In this document: positions 22,201-33,983 of the stretch, piece after piece
Layout of the letters: every line of letters starts with the position of its first letter
How positions within the stretch are numbered: the first letter of the stretch is position 1
Assembly (NCBI GenBank): GCA_051362555.1
Contig: CM120640.1
Coordinates: 28,978,503-29,042,502, forward strand
From: Lingula anatina
Taxonomy: Eukaryota > Animalia > Brachiopoda
DNA: 64,000 nt
Direction: 5' to 3'
Made by a program: the position numbers and the translations under genes
The notes under the pieces: model-generated
Databases searched by the model: none
Told to the model about the DNA's origin: nothing
Seen by the model: only the letters and a program-made list of their open reading frames with translations

Positions 22201-22817
22201 TTTAGTAAGTAGGCTTTGGATTGTTCAAGAAAACTGTGACTTGTACAATACTTACTGGCACATAAATAGCATGCAACACGTACTTCAGCATAATATTGGC
22301 TGTCCCAAGTGTAACAGTGAACGACTATCGAATCCAACAGGAATTCAAAAGGGGCAAAATGTTGCACATAGCTTCTTTTAAATATGGACCACATAAGATG
22401 CTAAATATAGACTATTTATACAATAATGCAATCAATGATCGAACATCTTTCGAAAGTGTTTTACAAAGTGAGACCTGTACAGTAAAGTATATAGGTCAAA
22501 TCACTAAAATTTTATTTTCGTTCAATTTTCACAGGAAAGTCATACTCGAAGGTGTCTGTCCAAATCCGGCCAATTCTCCGGGGCATAAGTACCCCCCTGC
22601 TGGGTCCGGTGACAGCGGTAGCAGCAGCAGCAGTAGCAGCAGCAGTAGCAGTAGCAGCAGCAGCAGTAGCAGTAGTAGTTCCAGTGGGGGTACCAGTAAC
22701 AGCAGTGGTAGCGGTAGCCAAGGGAAAAGCACGAACATGGGGCACAGCTCCGGAAATGTCAGGGCAGGATCTTGGCTGTTCTCTCTTCTAAGCTTAACAT
22801 TAATGCTGGTATCGTAA
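19255..22817 (+). CDS. MOLO-1/TPM-like ectodomain protein, paralogue A (~292 aa, probable GPI anchor); exons 19255-19453, 20723-20861, 21363-21480, 22017-22156, 22535-22817
   Basis: Signal peptide, then YRLVNIASPRTNPAACGRSTASWVCDPGRVI, LNHLIDDVRKQTPCVC, WAKELATSRWSFGACSDDIVIVFSRDD and KYAEGMNYAV. A Ser/Gly-rich spacer leads to a terminal hydrophobic stretch (WLFSLLSLTLMLVS*). Intron phases 1,2,0,2. Confidence 0.8.
21289..21341. repeat. (ATATA)n pentanucleotide microsatellite just upstream of paralogue A exon 3
   Basis: About ten tandem copies of ataat/atata. Confidence 0.85.
21511..21764. mobile_element. Near-perfect palindromic MITE (foldback), TA-flanked
   Basis: aggcttcgttcacatgcaatgtc...gccagttac is the reverse complement of gtaactggc...gacattgcatgtgaacgaagcct. 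Arms are ~120 bp and differ mainly by one extra GAAAATA unit. Confidence 0.88.
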
Positions 22818-23139
22818 CATTGACTGACAAACATCCTCTTACTTTTAAGAATATGTATTAACTGTGGATTGACCAGTCTAGTTTCTGAAGAATTTTCCGT
22901 TTCTGACCAATCCTCATACCCGGTGAAACATGAAATGGCAACAATTCATCATGAACAATAGATCACTGGTATGTCTAAATATGCCTAAGACTCGAATGAG
23001 GGTAAAATGTTTCGTATGCTTTTGAACAACTACAATTTAAGATAGCAGTTTTTATACTCTTAATCGTAAATTACTCACAAAGAAACACGTATAGAAAAGA
23101 AGGCTGGCAACCGGACATAATTTTCGTCAGTGGTGAACA

Positions 23140-23181
<42 letters not shown>

Positions 23182-24435
23182 GAGATTGAGAACTATTGTG
23201 AGAAAAAACACTCTGCACTCTAAAATATGGCAGTGCACTTCCACGTCTGTAAGCAGTGCTTTTGAGAACGTTTGGGGTTTATGAACCTTGCTGACATGTA
23301 TGTCTTTAATTAATGATTTTCTTAAATATTCATTTAATCCTGTGCAACTACATACATGTACCGGATGAATATAGATAATTACATGTATATTCGCCGTTCA
23401 AAATATTTATTGTGATTTTAAGTCTTTACGTTGTATTTTATCAAATGTGAACGTTATCTGGTATCGTTCTGTGTTGACTCATAATGAGTCGAGCTATTTT
23501 CTGTAGTATGAAATGTAGAGACTTCAACACCAAGAACGTGACCTTTTACGCCTTCCGCGCCCAGTTTCTTGATGCCATCTTTTACCAAAGAACACATTAT
23601 TTATGTGACGAATTAGTTAACACGTCGCCTTTGATCTTTGTCACATCGTCAATCTTATGTATTATAATTAGTTTAAATATATCACTGAATCGCCACCCTT
23701 CTTTTTAAACTGGACCCACCTTTGCTAATACTTATACCTTAATATTACATTTTGTTTCTCATTTTGAATTCTAAAAAACACTTTTTATATTGGTCTCCTT
23801 TTTATATTGGTGATAAAAACCTTTTAGACACGTTCACTTGTAGCAAGTTAGAATAAGAAACAAAGATGTAGGATAACCCATTTACGTGTATTTTCTGAGA
23901 CACGATGATAACTAAGAAAATCTCGCGAGACGTTTTTCAAATGTTAACTTTGATTGACACTGCTTCGCAAATATTTGAATAAATAAATAAACTATTACAC
24001 TATTAACTTTACATTACTTGTTGTGTAATTGGCGATGTAGCTGTTATAAACTGCATCCTTGGGGAACTTCAAAACTTGAGAATAACCAACTGTGGTACTG
24101 GTGTGAAATGCCACATGAGTCATGGTAGTTCTATACATAGAAACTACACACGCAAAAATAGGCCATGATTCACTATACGCAAGGAAATCTTGTTTTGGCG
24201 ATTTGGACAAAAGGATTAATCTCTTGCCAAAGAGAGGCTTAAAAAAAGGCAAAGGTTCCGTCTAAACTATGGATATAAATAGAACAATTTAGCTAATGTT
24301 CATTGATCACATGATAAGGGATTGGCTCGGCATTTCAACCTGATGCCTCATTTGTTTATACCAAGCTTCCAGAAAAACAAAACTACGTACTTTAGAAGTG
24401 TATGACTTTGTCATCAGTCCGCAACCTGAAGTGAT

Positions 24436-27097
24436 ATGGAAAGGTCTAAGTTCAGATACATGTACACGTCTTGGTTGGTTTTTCTGACACTGGTTTTAAC
24501 AGTGTCTACGTCACATTTGCCGAAACCTACATGTAGTTATCATAAACAGCTTTACGAGCTAACAGATATAGCAAATCCCAGGACAAACTTCGCGGAGTGT
24601 GGCCGTAAATTCCCATCATGGGTTTGCGATCCAGCCGGCATCTTGGAAGAATCGGAAGGTTGGTACTGAGAGTCCATCAAAATAGTAGTGCTTTTCTGTA
24701 GCGGGACCAGGTGTAGTCCTTTAACATTTCTTTCTGCTTAATTCAGTGATAAACGCGAGTGTTTTCCTTTTTTTACATATGACGAGTGCTATTATATTTA
24801 GTTCGTAGACTGGACTATTTACATTTTAATAGTACTTTAAAACTAAGATCTAATACACCGTTTATTAGATCTTAGTTTAAAACGAAATGAAGTACAAAAC
24901 ACACGAAATAGAACAAAGAGAAAACATGAAAAGCACTCAAACCTGATGTGGAGTAGACCTTGTACATTTGTAGATGTTGATCCTATTAATACCTAGTGAA
25001 CATTTTACTGTTTTTTTTTTTTTTTAATATCAGCCTTCCGAATTGACAACGAAATTACGAAAACTATCGAAGACACCAAATGTCCGTGTAGTCAACAATG
25101 CCCCTTGGATTCAAATGGCTATATCATCTCTGTTGTTTTACTTCCAAAAATCAAAGTATCTCCCGGGTAAGTATGGATATCTTTATCTTCCTTGTTATCA
25201 ACTCAAGTACACTCTCTTTACTTATCGACTTTAGTACTCATAGCCTTACTATAAAAAGCTGTATTTTCTGAGAGCAGATGGTATTACATATTTAATGGAC
25301 TGTATACACACACACTGAACACGTCAGAAAAGGAGTACCCAGGACGGTGACTGAATATGTACCACACGTGATCTATCACAACTTCTCGATGGCGGTTGTA
25401 AAATGACACAGCCAACATCAATTCATACGGCCATCTAGGGGCGGATCTAGGATTCTTTGATGATGCCCACCCTCCCTCCGACCCCCCCCCCCTCCACCCC
25501 CGTCCCCCCTCCGAAATATTTTGGCATCTTAGAGGCCGAGGGTGCCAAGAAGGAACCAAAGATCAGGACCCCCCTGACCCCCCCCTCTAAATCCGCCACT
25601 GCCGCCATCAATTAACATTGAGAACTTAAAATACATCTGCTTTACAATGCTTTAATAAACACATTCCACAAAATTTAAATTGTATGATTTGAACGAAAAA
25701 TACATCAGTTATAGGAAATTGATGCCTTTTACGAGTTATACCCAAGATGTTTCATGATTACAGCTACAACGTGTCTACGGAGCTCAAAAGATGGGGTCAG
25801 GAACTTTCGACCAGAATTTGGAAGTTTGGCACCTGTGGTAATGATTTAATTATTCTGATCTCTTTGGGAGATGCAGCACAAGTAAGTCAAGGCTCTGAAA
25901 ATTCTGTTAAATACTTTGGCAATCCAGCTTCAGTTCTATTAATTTTAACCAAGGAAGAGTCTCTTTCGAAAATTTTGAAAGAGGGTTTCTTCTTTTTTCT
26001 TAAAAGAAAATGATTATTAAATCTAATGAAAAATAATTCCCACCAATACTACATTTGAACTGCACGGAACAACAATATTTCTGTTCTGCATGTGCATTTG
26101 TTAACAGTATCAAACCTGGTCTGATTTTTCTGATTACTAGTGTTCGATGCACTGTAATCGCCGTGAGTTTTATTGTCTCGCATTTCGCATAATAATGATA
26201 CATACATAAAATTGTAGCAAAATGTCTAATAAAACCATTTTTTTCTGCAGGTCACTGTATATGCAAATTCTTCAGTATTAACAAAGGTCAGTGAGGCAAG
26301 ATGCCAGCGAGATTTCCTTGCCAACTGCCGTTTATATTTGCATGCCGGGAAATATGGCGAAGCTATTAGGCAAACTGTGTCAGGTATCAGGTAGGCCACA
26401 ACATTTGTGAGAGAGACGATGGTGAATTTATAACCATTACTTTCCCACACTTTTTACCAAAGATAAAGATAAAGATTATATCTGTTCGACTTTGAATAAA
26501 TCTGAGACATTTTAGAAAAAAATTCACCATAGGTGGATAAATGGAGCACAGGGACCCACGCCAATTATGCCAAAATTAAAATGGCAAATATAGTCCACGA
26601 CCCTTACAAAATGGAGAAAAACTCATTTTAGACCCACGTTTTTATATTCTGTATGCTGACATATCATTTTATATCTGGATCGAACACATGTAGACTTGTT
26701 AAAGTACAAGGTGATCGATGAGCACTTATCAACATTATTCTTTATCCAATTTTTTTCTAGAAATATTATTCTTGGCAAACCCTGCCAATTACCACCAGTT
26801 AGTGAATACTTCGAAAAAGTGAGCAACGACCATGAAGTACAGGATGGCATTGAGAGTATACGCCATACTCAGAGAGACAGAGGCAAGACCATTGGATTAC
26901 GACTTCGACGTGATTATGACAATAATAGATATATACATTACCAAGAGGAAGAAGACCAAGCTGCCATGGGTGTCACCATAAACGGTACCCACTACGCTTG
27001 GTGGATCGTCCTCTTAATTGTACTGGGAATAATTGCCGTTATTATTGGCCTAGCCATTGCGTTGTGCTGTTGTTGCTGCGGTGCACTGTGCTGCTAA
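24436..27097 (+). CDS. MOLO-1/TPM-like type I membrane protein, paralogue B (~316 aa); exons 24436-24658, 25034-25166, 25764-25881, 26251-26390, 26761-27097
   Basis: Signal peptide; YELTDIANPRTNFAECGRKFPSWVCDPAGIL; TKCPCSQQC...GYIISVVLLPKI; WGQELSTRIWKFGTCGNDLIILIS; GKYGEAI. The stalk contains RLRR, the TM is WWIVLLIVLGIIAVIIGLAIAL and the tail is CCCCCGALCC*. Phases 1,2,0,2. Confidence 0.82.
25437..25601. mobile_element. MITE-like element with GGGGCGGATCTAG / AAATCCGCCACTG ends
   Basis: Imperfect terminal inverted repeats and G/C runs. It shares the TCAGGACCCCC..TGACCCCCC..TCTAAATCC.CCACTG end with 59428-59686. Confidence 0.6.
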
Positions 27098-29789
27098 TAA
27101 CGGCTACTACTAGGACATTTCCAGACTAAGACCTCGTTTTAAGTAGTATGTGTGCATAGGCCTACTGAAGTCCATCGGAAAGAAAAGAGATTCCCTATAT
27201 CCTTAATATCCAACATCCACTACCGGCAGTTTACTTTATGTGACTAATTAAATCAACTCAATCCAATGGTGCGCGGCTACACTAAAATTATGACAACAAC
27301 AACATTATCTATTAAGCATGTTTCATAAAACACTACAAGCATTAAACAACACTGCTAATTAAATAACATATCCATTGCAGAGACATTATTCCCGATGATC
27401 TGGAAGTTTATATTATTGGACAATAATACAATATACCGTTACAGAAATGGTGGTCAAAGCTGCAAAAAGCTAAAGATATTGATTATTTTAATACTGTTGT
27501 GCAGTATGTACAAATTGAGTATGAAAACGAAGATACACAATAAATTTTTATAGAAGCTCTTGCCTGCCCTTTATTGAAATATACTGTATCATTTTGATAT
27601 TTCTGACATTGAGCTTAAAGTAAGCTGTACTAGAAACAGTCTCACCGTTTTCAGGTAAACATGTCCAAATATCCAGGACACTTGATTTTGCGGGTATTTT
27701 ACCAAATAAACTATATTATTAAAATGAATTAGATTGAAAAAAATAAAATAAACAAGTGAATAATAATAATAAAATCATTATAAGGCACTATGTTTTTATC
27801 AATCAGAAGATGCAGATTTTCCATACTGTATTACAGTAGGACTGCCAACACCGGTTCTGTTGTTTAAAGTGGTAACGGTGCTGCAACGGAAGCTGACTCC
27901 TGTTCTGTCCATCCTGCCACCTAACTAGTAAATACTTAATTGCTGTTCACACTGGTTACCATGCAACATAGATGTACTTACAAATCAACCCATGCCTATA
28001 CTGTATACCGAATTGCAAGATCTTGATAACAGGTCAGAATCTCATTCGCTGTTCTGCATATTATCAAAGATGCATTTTGTTTTCACGCGGGAATATTTAA
28101 GTAATAAGTAGAACCTGGTAGGCCTACATGTACCAATACACTGGCGCAATGCAGGCAAGACAAAATCACAATTTTGTAAAATGTGGAATAAAAGCTGAAC
28201 ATCCAGTTTATCCTAGAACTTACTGTGAGCTGATATGATGGTAAGAGCACGTTTGGGGCTGGCTTTGTATGGGTAGATGAAGGTCGGCCGAAATATCGAT
28301 TTTAATCTTTTGTGTTTTAAGTGTCGCTGGTAATGCAATTATTGAGAGATCTGCCCGCTCAAAGGAACAACGAAGGTTACAGCAGGCGGCCCTTTATTGT
28401 TGTTGGATGCCATAGAGGTGGAGAGCAGCTGTCCCTTTCGGAGATGTCTATATGTCTTTAAGCTGTCTTATCAAATGAATTGCTTTTTGTCTAGGTTAAC
28501 AAATCCACCTTTATCTGTCTCTTGCTCTCAGAAGAACGCTTCCCAGTTATCTGAATATGATATTATCAGATTTAATAACCGGTATGAACCGTATTGATTG
28601 CATTTTTGATAATTGCCATAATTAAGTGAAATGGCATTGAAAAGGAAACTCGGTAAGAAAGCAATAATATCAATATCAGTCGTCTAGCTACAAAATGTTT
28701 CCTAAAGATTGAACATTCTTTTTAATGATTTTTACTGATAATGATGAAGTTGAGCTTCGCATGGTTTAACTGCAGGCATTGTTAAAAACCACAAGTACCA
28801 AATATGATTGACACGTTGATAAAATTGGTTAGAGAAGCTAACGACTGAGTTTTGGAAATTGGTGTTGTTGGAATGAAACTGACGTGGGACTGTTCTTGGG
28901 GATAGATTAATGACAAATCCAGGGCGTTCTGTGTCCGGTCAAACATTAAGAAGAATTGATAAACCTTTTCTTGAACGCTAAACTGCACACGTCAGCAATC
29001 AAATCTTGAGTCTTAGTGATGCGTTTCTGAATTAAGAGTCATCCCTCTAAATTATTCTTTATATCTTGACAGAATAAACGGCAATCATGTAGGGTTGGAT
29101 ATCGAGAAATATGACAATATTCACTCTTCTCATAAAGTCGTCGGTATACAATATCTCATCAAACGCTGAACGTCAAAATGAAGAATTGCCAGAATTGCTC
29201 GTAATTTTTTCTCAGCCAGCAACGAATAATACGTGAATGATACATATTAACAATGCTTAACTTTCTTTCCTCTTTATTATTTTGTAATGATGATGGTGGG
29301 AAAGTCCTGTTATCCAGTATAAAAATGCAAATGTTGAGGCAGAAAAAAAATCTCCGCGTTCTTCATATCTCGGAATCGCTATATATAACCACTGTCCATT
29401 AGTTGTTTCATTGTACAATAACACATATTGCGACCGTACAATTGGTGCCTTTCTATTAGAAATGAAAGAAATGTTTTTGCCGAAGCTCTCTTGTAGGTGC
29501 ACAATTCTGTGCCTTATTTATTTCTTTCATCTCGGGATGAAAATAATTTTTGTGTCAGATTTGATTGTGTATCTGAAACGAAGATGCATAGGCCTACAGC
29601 GATAAATGAAAGCCTTTGGTTAGATTAAACATGATTTAAGAGTTGTAATTATAAAGGGGGATAAAGTGGAAAGTCAAACGGATATATCATGGTTTAAATC
29701 AACACTTAAAGACAAATAGCCTGCCAGCCTCACCGCAAACAAACGCATATGAAATGACAAACCGTGAATGATTTTGGTTTTAAACGTCA

Positions 29790-29877
29790 CATACATACAT
29801 ACATACATACATACATATTCAAATGCCTGGAAAGATAAAATATTTAATTGGGCGCTGGTTACCCCCCCCCCCCCCCC

Positions 29878-29920
<43 letters not shown>
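29790..29920. repeat. Compound microsatellite (TACA)n, poly-C, (CA)n
   Basis: Directly visible in the sequence. Confidence 0.9.
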
Positions 29921-29929
<9 letters not shown>

Positions 29930-32900
29930 GACGCTACACGCTCTCTCCTCTTGTTATTTAAGACCAGCCAATACCTAGTTTGTCAAATCCGCTTGCATCG
30001 ATTTCCCTAGCAATTTTTTTCGTCAATCACTTGACATGAATTACGACAGGAGCAGATTTATCTGTGTACGCTCTCCACACTGCTCCTAAGAAGAATCAAT
30101 CAGTTGAAGCACATGTTGGAGTTAAACAGCTAAACCATGTAATTGATAGTGTGAACTTCACTTAGATCTCCTCCCGGTGTGCTCAACACCTTGAAATGTC
30201 AATTACATTGATGCTATCCTCTTTCTTACAACATTCAGCCTAGCACGACCACCATACTGGTTTGGGGCGAATTCAATTTTCACAAGAGTGACCATTTTTT
30301 AGGTTTTTACACTTATTTTCTTAGCTGACAAACCATGATGTGTTTATGTATTAATGCTTGGCCCAGATGTGTTTATGACATATATTCTGGAAAGGTAACA
30401 TGCCCGCCCCTTTTACCACCCGTCATACTAAAAATACACATTAAAATTATTAAAAAGAGGGGTTCGCAGAGAGCTTTCAAATAAATCGACCCCTCTTTTG
30501 GTAAGCTTATTAAAATTTGCAATGGAAAAAGGCTTAATTGTTTAATAAAAGTTAGTAAGGATTTAGAAAATAGTAGTTGTGGATCCATTTGAAAAATTAC
30601 CACCAGAAAGTTTACAAACATAACTTCCATGGATTATCACACAGAAAACAATCAGCGAATTCGGCTTACTCATTCATCTTATCAGGAAAATTATTACAGT
30701 AAATCAGTGAATGCTGGTAGTCTGGAAGAGTTTACATCAGATAAATATATCCCGTTTGGGCAAAGTTATCATGAACATAAACAAGTGGGGGAAATGCTGG
30801 TTAGTAAAGCCTGGTATATAAGCAGCAATTTGATTACCGTGTTCACCCTCATGGCCATACGCGGGTTATCGGGCTTCTGTTGGATGGCTCAGCTCCATTA
30901 CGACTAAAATTTGCTACGGGCATTTCTCCTTTGAGTAAATTGCTTGAAATATTCAACAATGTTCTGGAATGGATGAGTAATACATATATTTGCTGGAATT
31001 TAATTCAACACACTGTTGAAAGAAAAAAGGCAAATGCTATAGAAAATTCTTAACAGGTAAAAAGCAACCAAAAAGAAGCAGAAACATTCATATACCTACA
31101 AACAACTAAGAGAAGCACAGATTGTATTTCAAAACGCTTATTATCTTATTATGTTTTCAAGCTCCGAACAGCAGGCCTATTGGGAATGGAATCCGCGGGC
31201 TGATCTCTTGTCTCGACTTTATATCTAACAATCCCGGGAAATAACCAGAAATATGGACAATCTGCCAACAATATAGAGATCAATTTGTAGGGCAGCTTTC
31301 TGATACGATCTAATTGGAAGTGTCTGCCAAACTATAAAAACGATCGAATCAGCGTGGTGTACAGATAGGCACGGAAGGGAGGGGGTACAAATTGCCCAAT
31401 ACCCTTTCACTTTCAATGTTCATAGACCATCGACACTACAGCCGCCCGATTCCAATGGACATGAATGAACAACCAATCAATAAAACACATCTTTAAGTGT
31501 AACAGTTAAACCTTGTTACTGATACAGTGAACTGAACTTAGAGCTCCCCCCGGCGTGTTAATACAAGTATATCCACTGCTTTTTCATTAAGATGAGATAA
31601 ATAAAGGAAACAGTCAGTGTATGTGCACTAGATATAAATTACCGCTTGTGTTTTGTACTGTAGTGTAGAGTGTGTATGGAAGCAGGATGTGAAATGATAA
31701 AGTGTAAAAGACGTAGAGGGCATTGGTTTGGCTTATATATATGTACAGTGTATTGGCAGCAGACTGTGAACATTCTCCTCACGATTTCTTCATTCGATTA
31801 TGCTCATGTTCTCAGATCTACATGTAGCCATACTACACTGAAACTGACCTTACAACACAAACTACCTATATGCATATGTGCTGAAAATCGACAAATATTC
31901 CTCTTATTTCATTTCATTTTACTGTTGAACAAATTTATCGCTCCCCAATGAGGAATTTGTCTGTGTATGATAAACGTACCACGTCGCTCAGGAAAAGCAT
32001 CTACTCTGTAATCAGATATCAATATCCACTATCATTGGGATAGAAATTTCATCATTATTCTCTGTGGAGATTATTTACTTCTTTTGAAAGAGTTGGCTTT
32101 GAATCATTCAATCATTCAATATAATTATTTTGAAAGGGAAATCTACAGGACACAGTGTGATAAGTGCATTACGTAGAAGAGATTCCGATAAATATATATA
32201 TTTTTTTATTTTGGCGGGAACAACAGCGACGTTTGAGGTTCACCGCGACGTTTAGACGGGACTGTTAAAGGCTCCAGAATCTTCCTTTTTCATGACAACA
32301 TGTATGTATGTATGTGATTCTTGTATCAGCCACATCACCATGGTCTCATGCTAGTAATTACTTTTTGGCCGAATGGCTATATGCTTTAATTCTCTTATCT
32401 AACTGGAATACAGTGATGCGTAATATCCTTAACTGCTTGGCAATGTGGAAAGGACGAAAGCCTACAAGTGCTCTCTTTCATCTCGGCGTTGCGGAAATGT
32501 TTATCCACGAGTTTTCAAAGAGGTATTAGACATTTATCTGAACTGGCATACCCATTTGCATCTCCAGCTGCACCGCCTCTTGGGGAAACGACATGCTAAA
32601 AAACTCAAATCCTCTATGTAGACTTAAATAAGTTAGTTTTTACTTAAGTTAGTCACAGGTTATATATATTAGTCAATGCCTCATGTGCTGTGCCCTCCTA
32701 TGACCATATGCTAAAGCCATATGCCTGCTTGTCCTATCCGTAAACATCTCTAGTCGGCAAGCAAAAAACCATCATTGGTTGCTCTTGTAAAATACAGAGT
32801 TACTTTGAGTGTAGTATCTTCTTGGTTATAACATGATATGGGTATACAAAACGTTCCAAGGATATGCTGTCAAGCCGAAACACGTTCATTATTAAATATT

Positions 32901-33983
32901 TGTAGGGCATATAGGCTGCTGAAAGGCTTAGGTTTAGATATTCAGTCAAGCTTATCGCAGTCACTGTGATTGGTCCTAAACGAGGGTTTGGCGTGATAAA
33001 ACAGATTGGGTTGATTCAGTTGTTATATCCTGGTCTATAAAGACCGAGTTTTTAACAAAGAAGGAATGTTCTTTCGAATTCATTGGTTTTGTCGGAATTT
33101 GGTTCTAGTCAAAATTACTTTGCAGATCATCCCACAATTTTCTTTATTGCCTCGAATTTTGTTTTGTAATTAGTTAATGGGTTGTTAATGGTCATTTGAG
33201 GATATTTTGCGCCACAAATGCATAAGTGGGTGGTGTTGATTAAATCTATGATTTTGTTATTCTGTAATTTGTTCGTGGGTAATATGTAGGGCTGTTTTCG
33301 ATTTTATTAGTGGATTCTGTGGCAACTTTATCAATTTAAGGTAATGAGGGATTTAACAACTTCCTGATACAATGTATATGCAATTCCTGCTGCTGTGATG
33401 ACGTGCCAACCCTTTCCCCCTCCGCCACAAATGTTTTCGTTACAGATTTAACAATAGAACTGTGGTTGTTGAACTCGTACTATAATATGTTTTAACACGT
33501 TTTAATGGAATGAGCCCAGCACATAAGCGAAGAGAAAAAAATCCAATACAGAGACGACAATGAAAAAAAAAACGTTCAAATCCCAAACCTCTACTTGACC
33601 TCAGCATGGAAGAGCCGACGAGTCTTCAGCCTTAAACAATTGCATTTCGATTCAGTCCCGCAAAGCGTAACATACGTCTGTCTTAAGCTAACATCGAGTC
33701 AACACACGTAGTAATTTTACTTGATTTTGATCGAGTCGGGCATTTTATATCCTCAGCCAAAGTTAAAATCCACGAGAGTGATATTCTACTTACCTTTAAC
33801 CTCTTGCTTATGCGAGCGCAGCGGGCGGTTGATTTTACCTTCAAAAAACTGATTTGTTCAATTACCCTTGCGTTAGGGTGATATACGAGAGGAACGACGG
33901 ACGAGTGACGTCGAGCAATCTTGCAACCATTAAATGCTTGGTTATGCTGGAATTAAGCTAAACACCCAAAGGGATGAACAATC

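Noticed and set aside
22512-22834. Poly-Ala, poly-Leu and Ala/Val ORFs in other frames
   Set aside because: These are alternative readings of the (AGC/AGT)n Ser tract of paralogue A.
27100-33900. A sixth TPM-like paralogue in the gap between B and C
   Set aside because: No WVCDP, CPC or W.FG.C exon or TM exon was found by eye. A tblastn with the paralogues would settle it.
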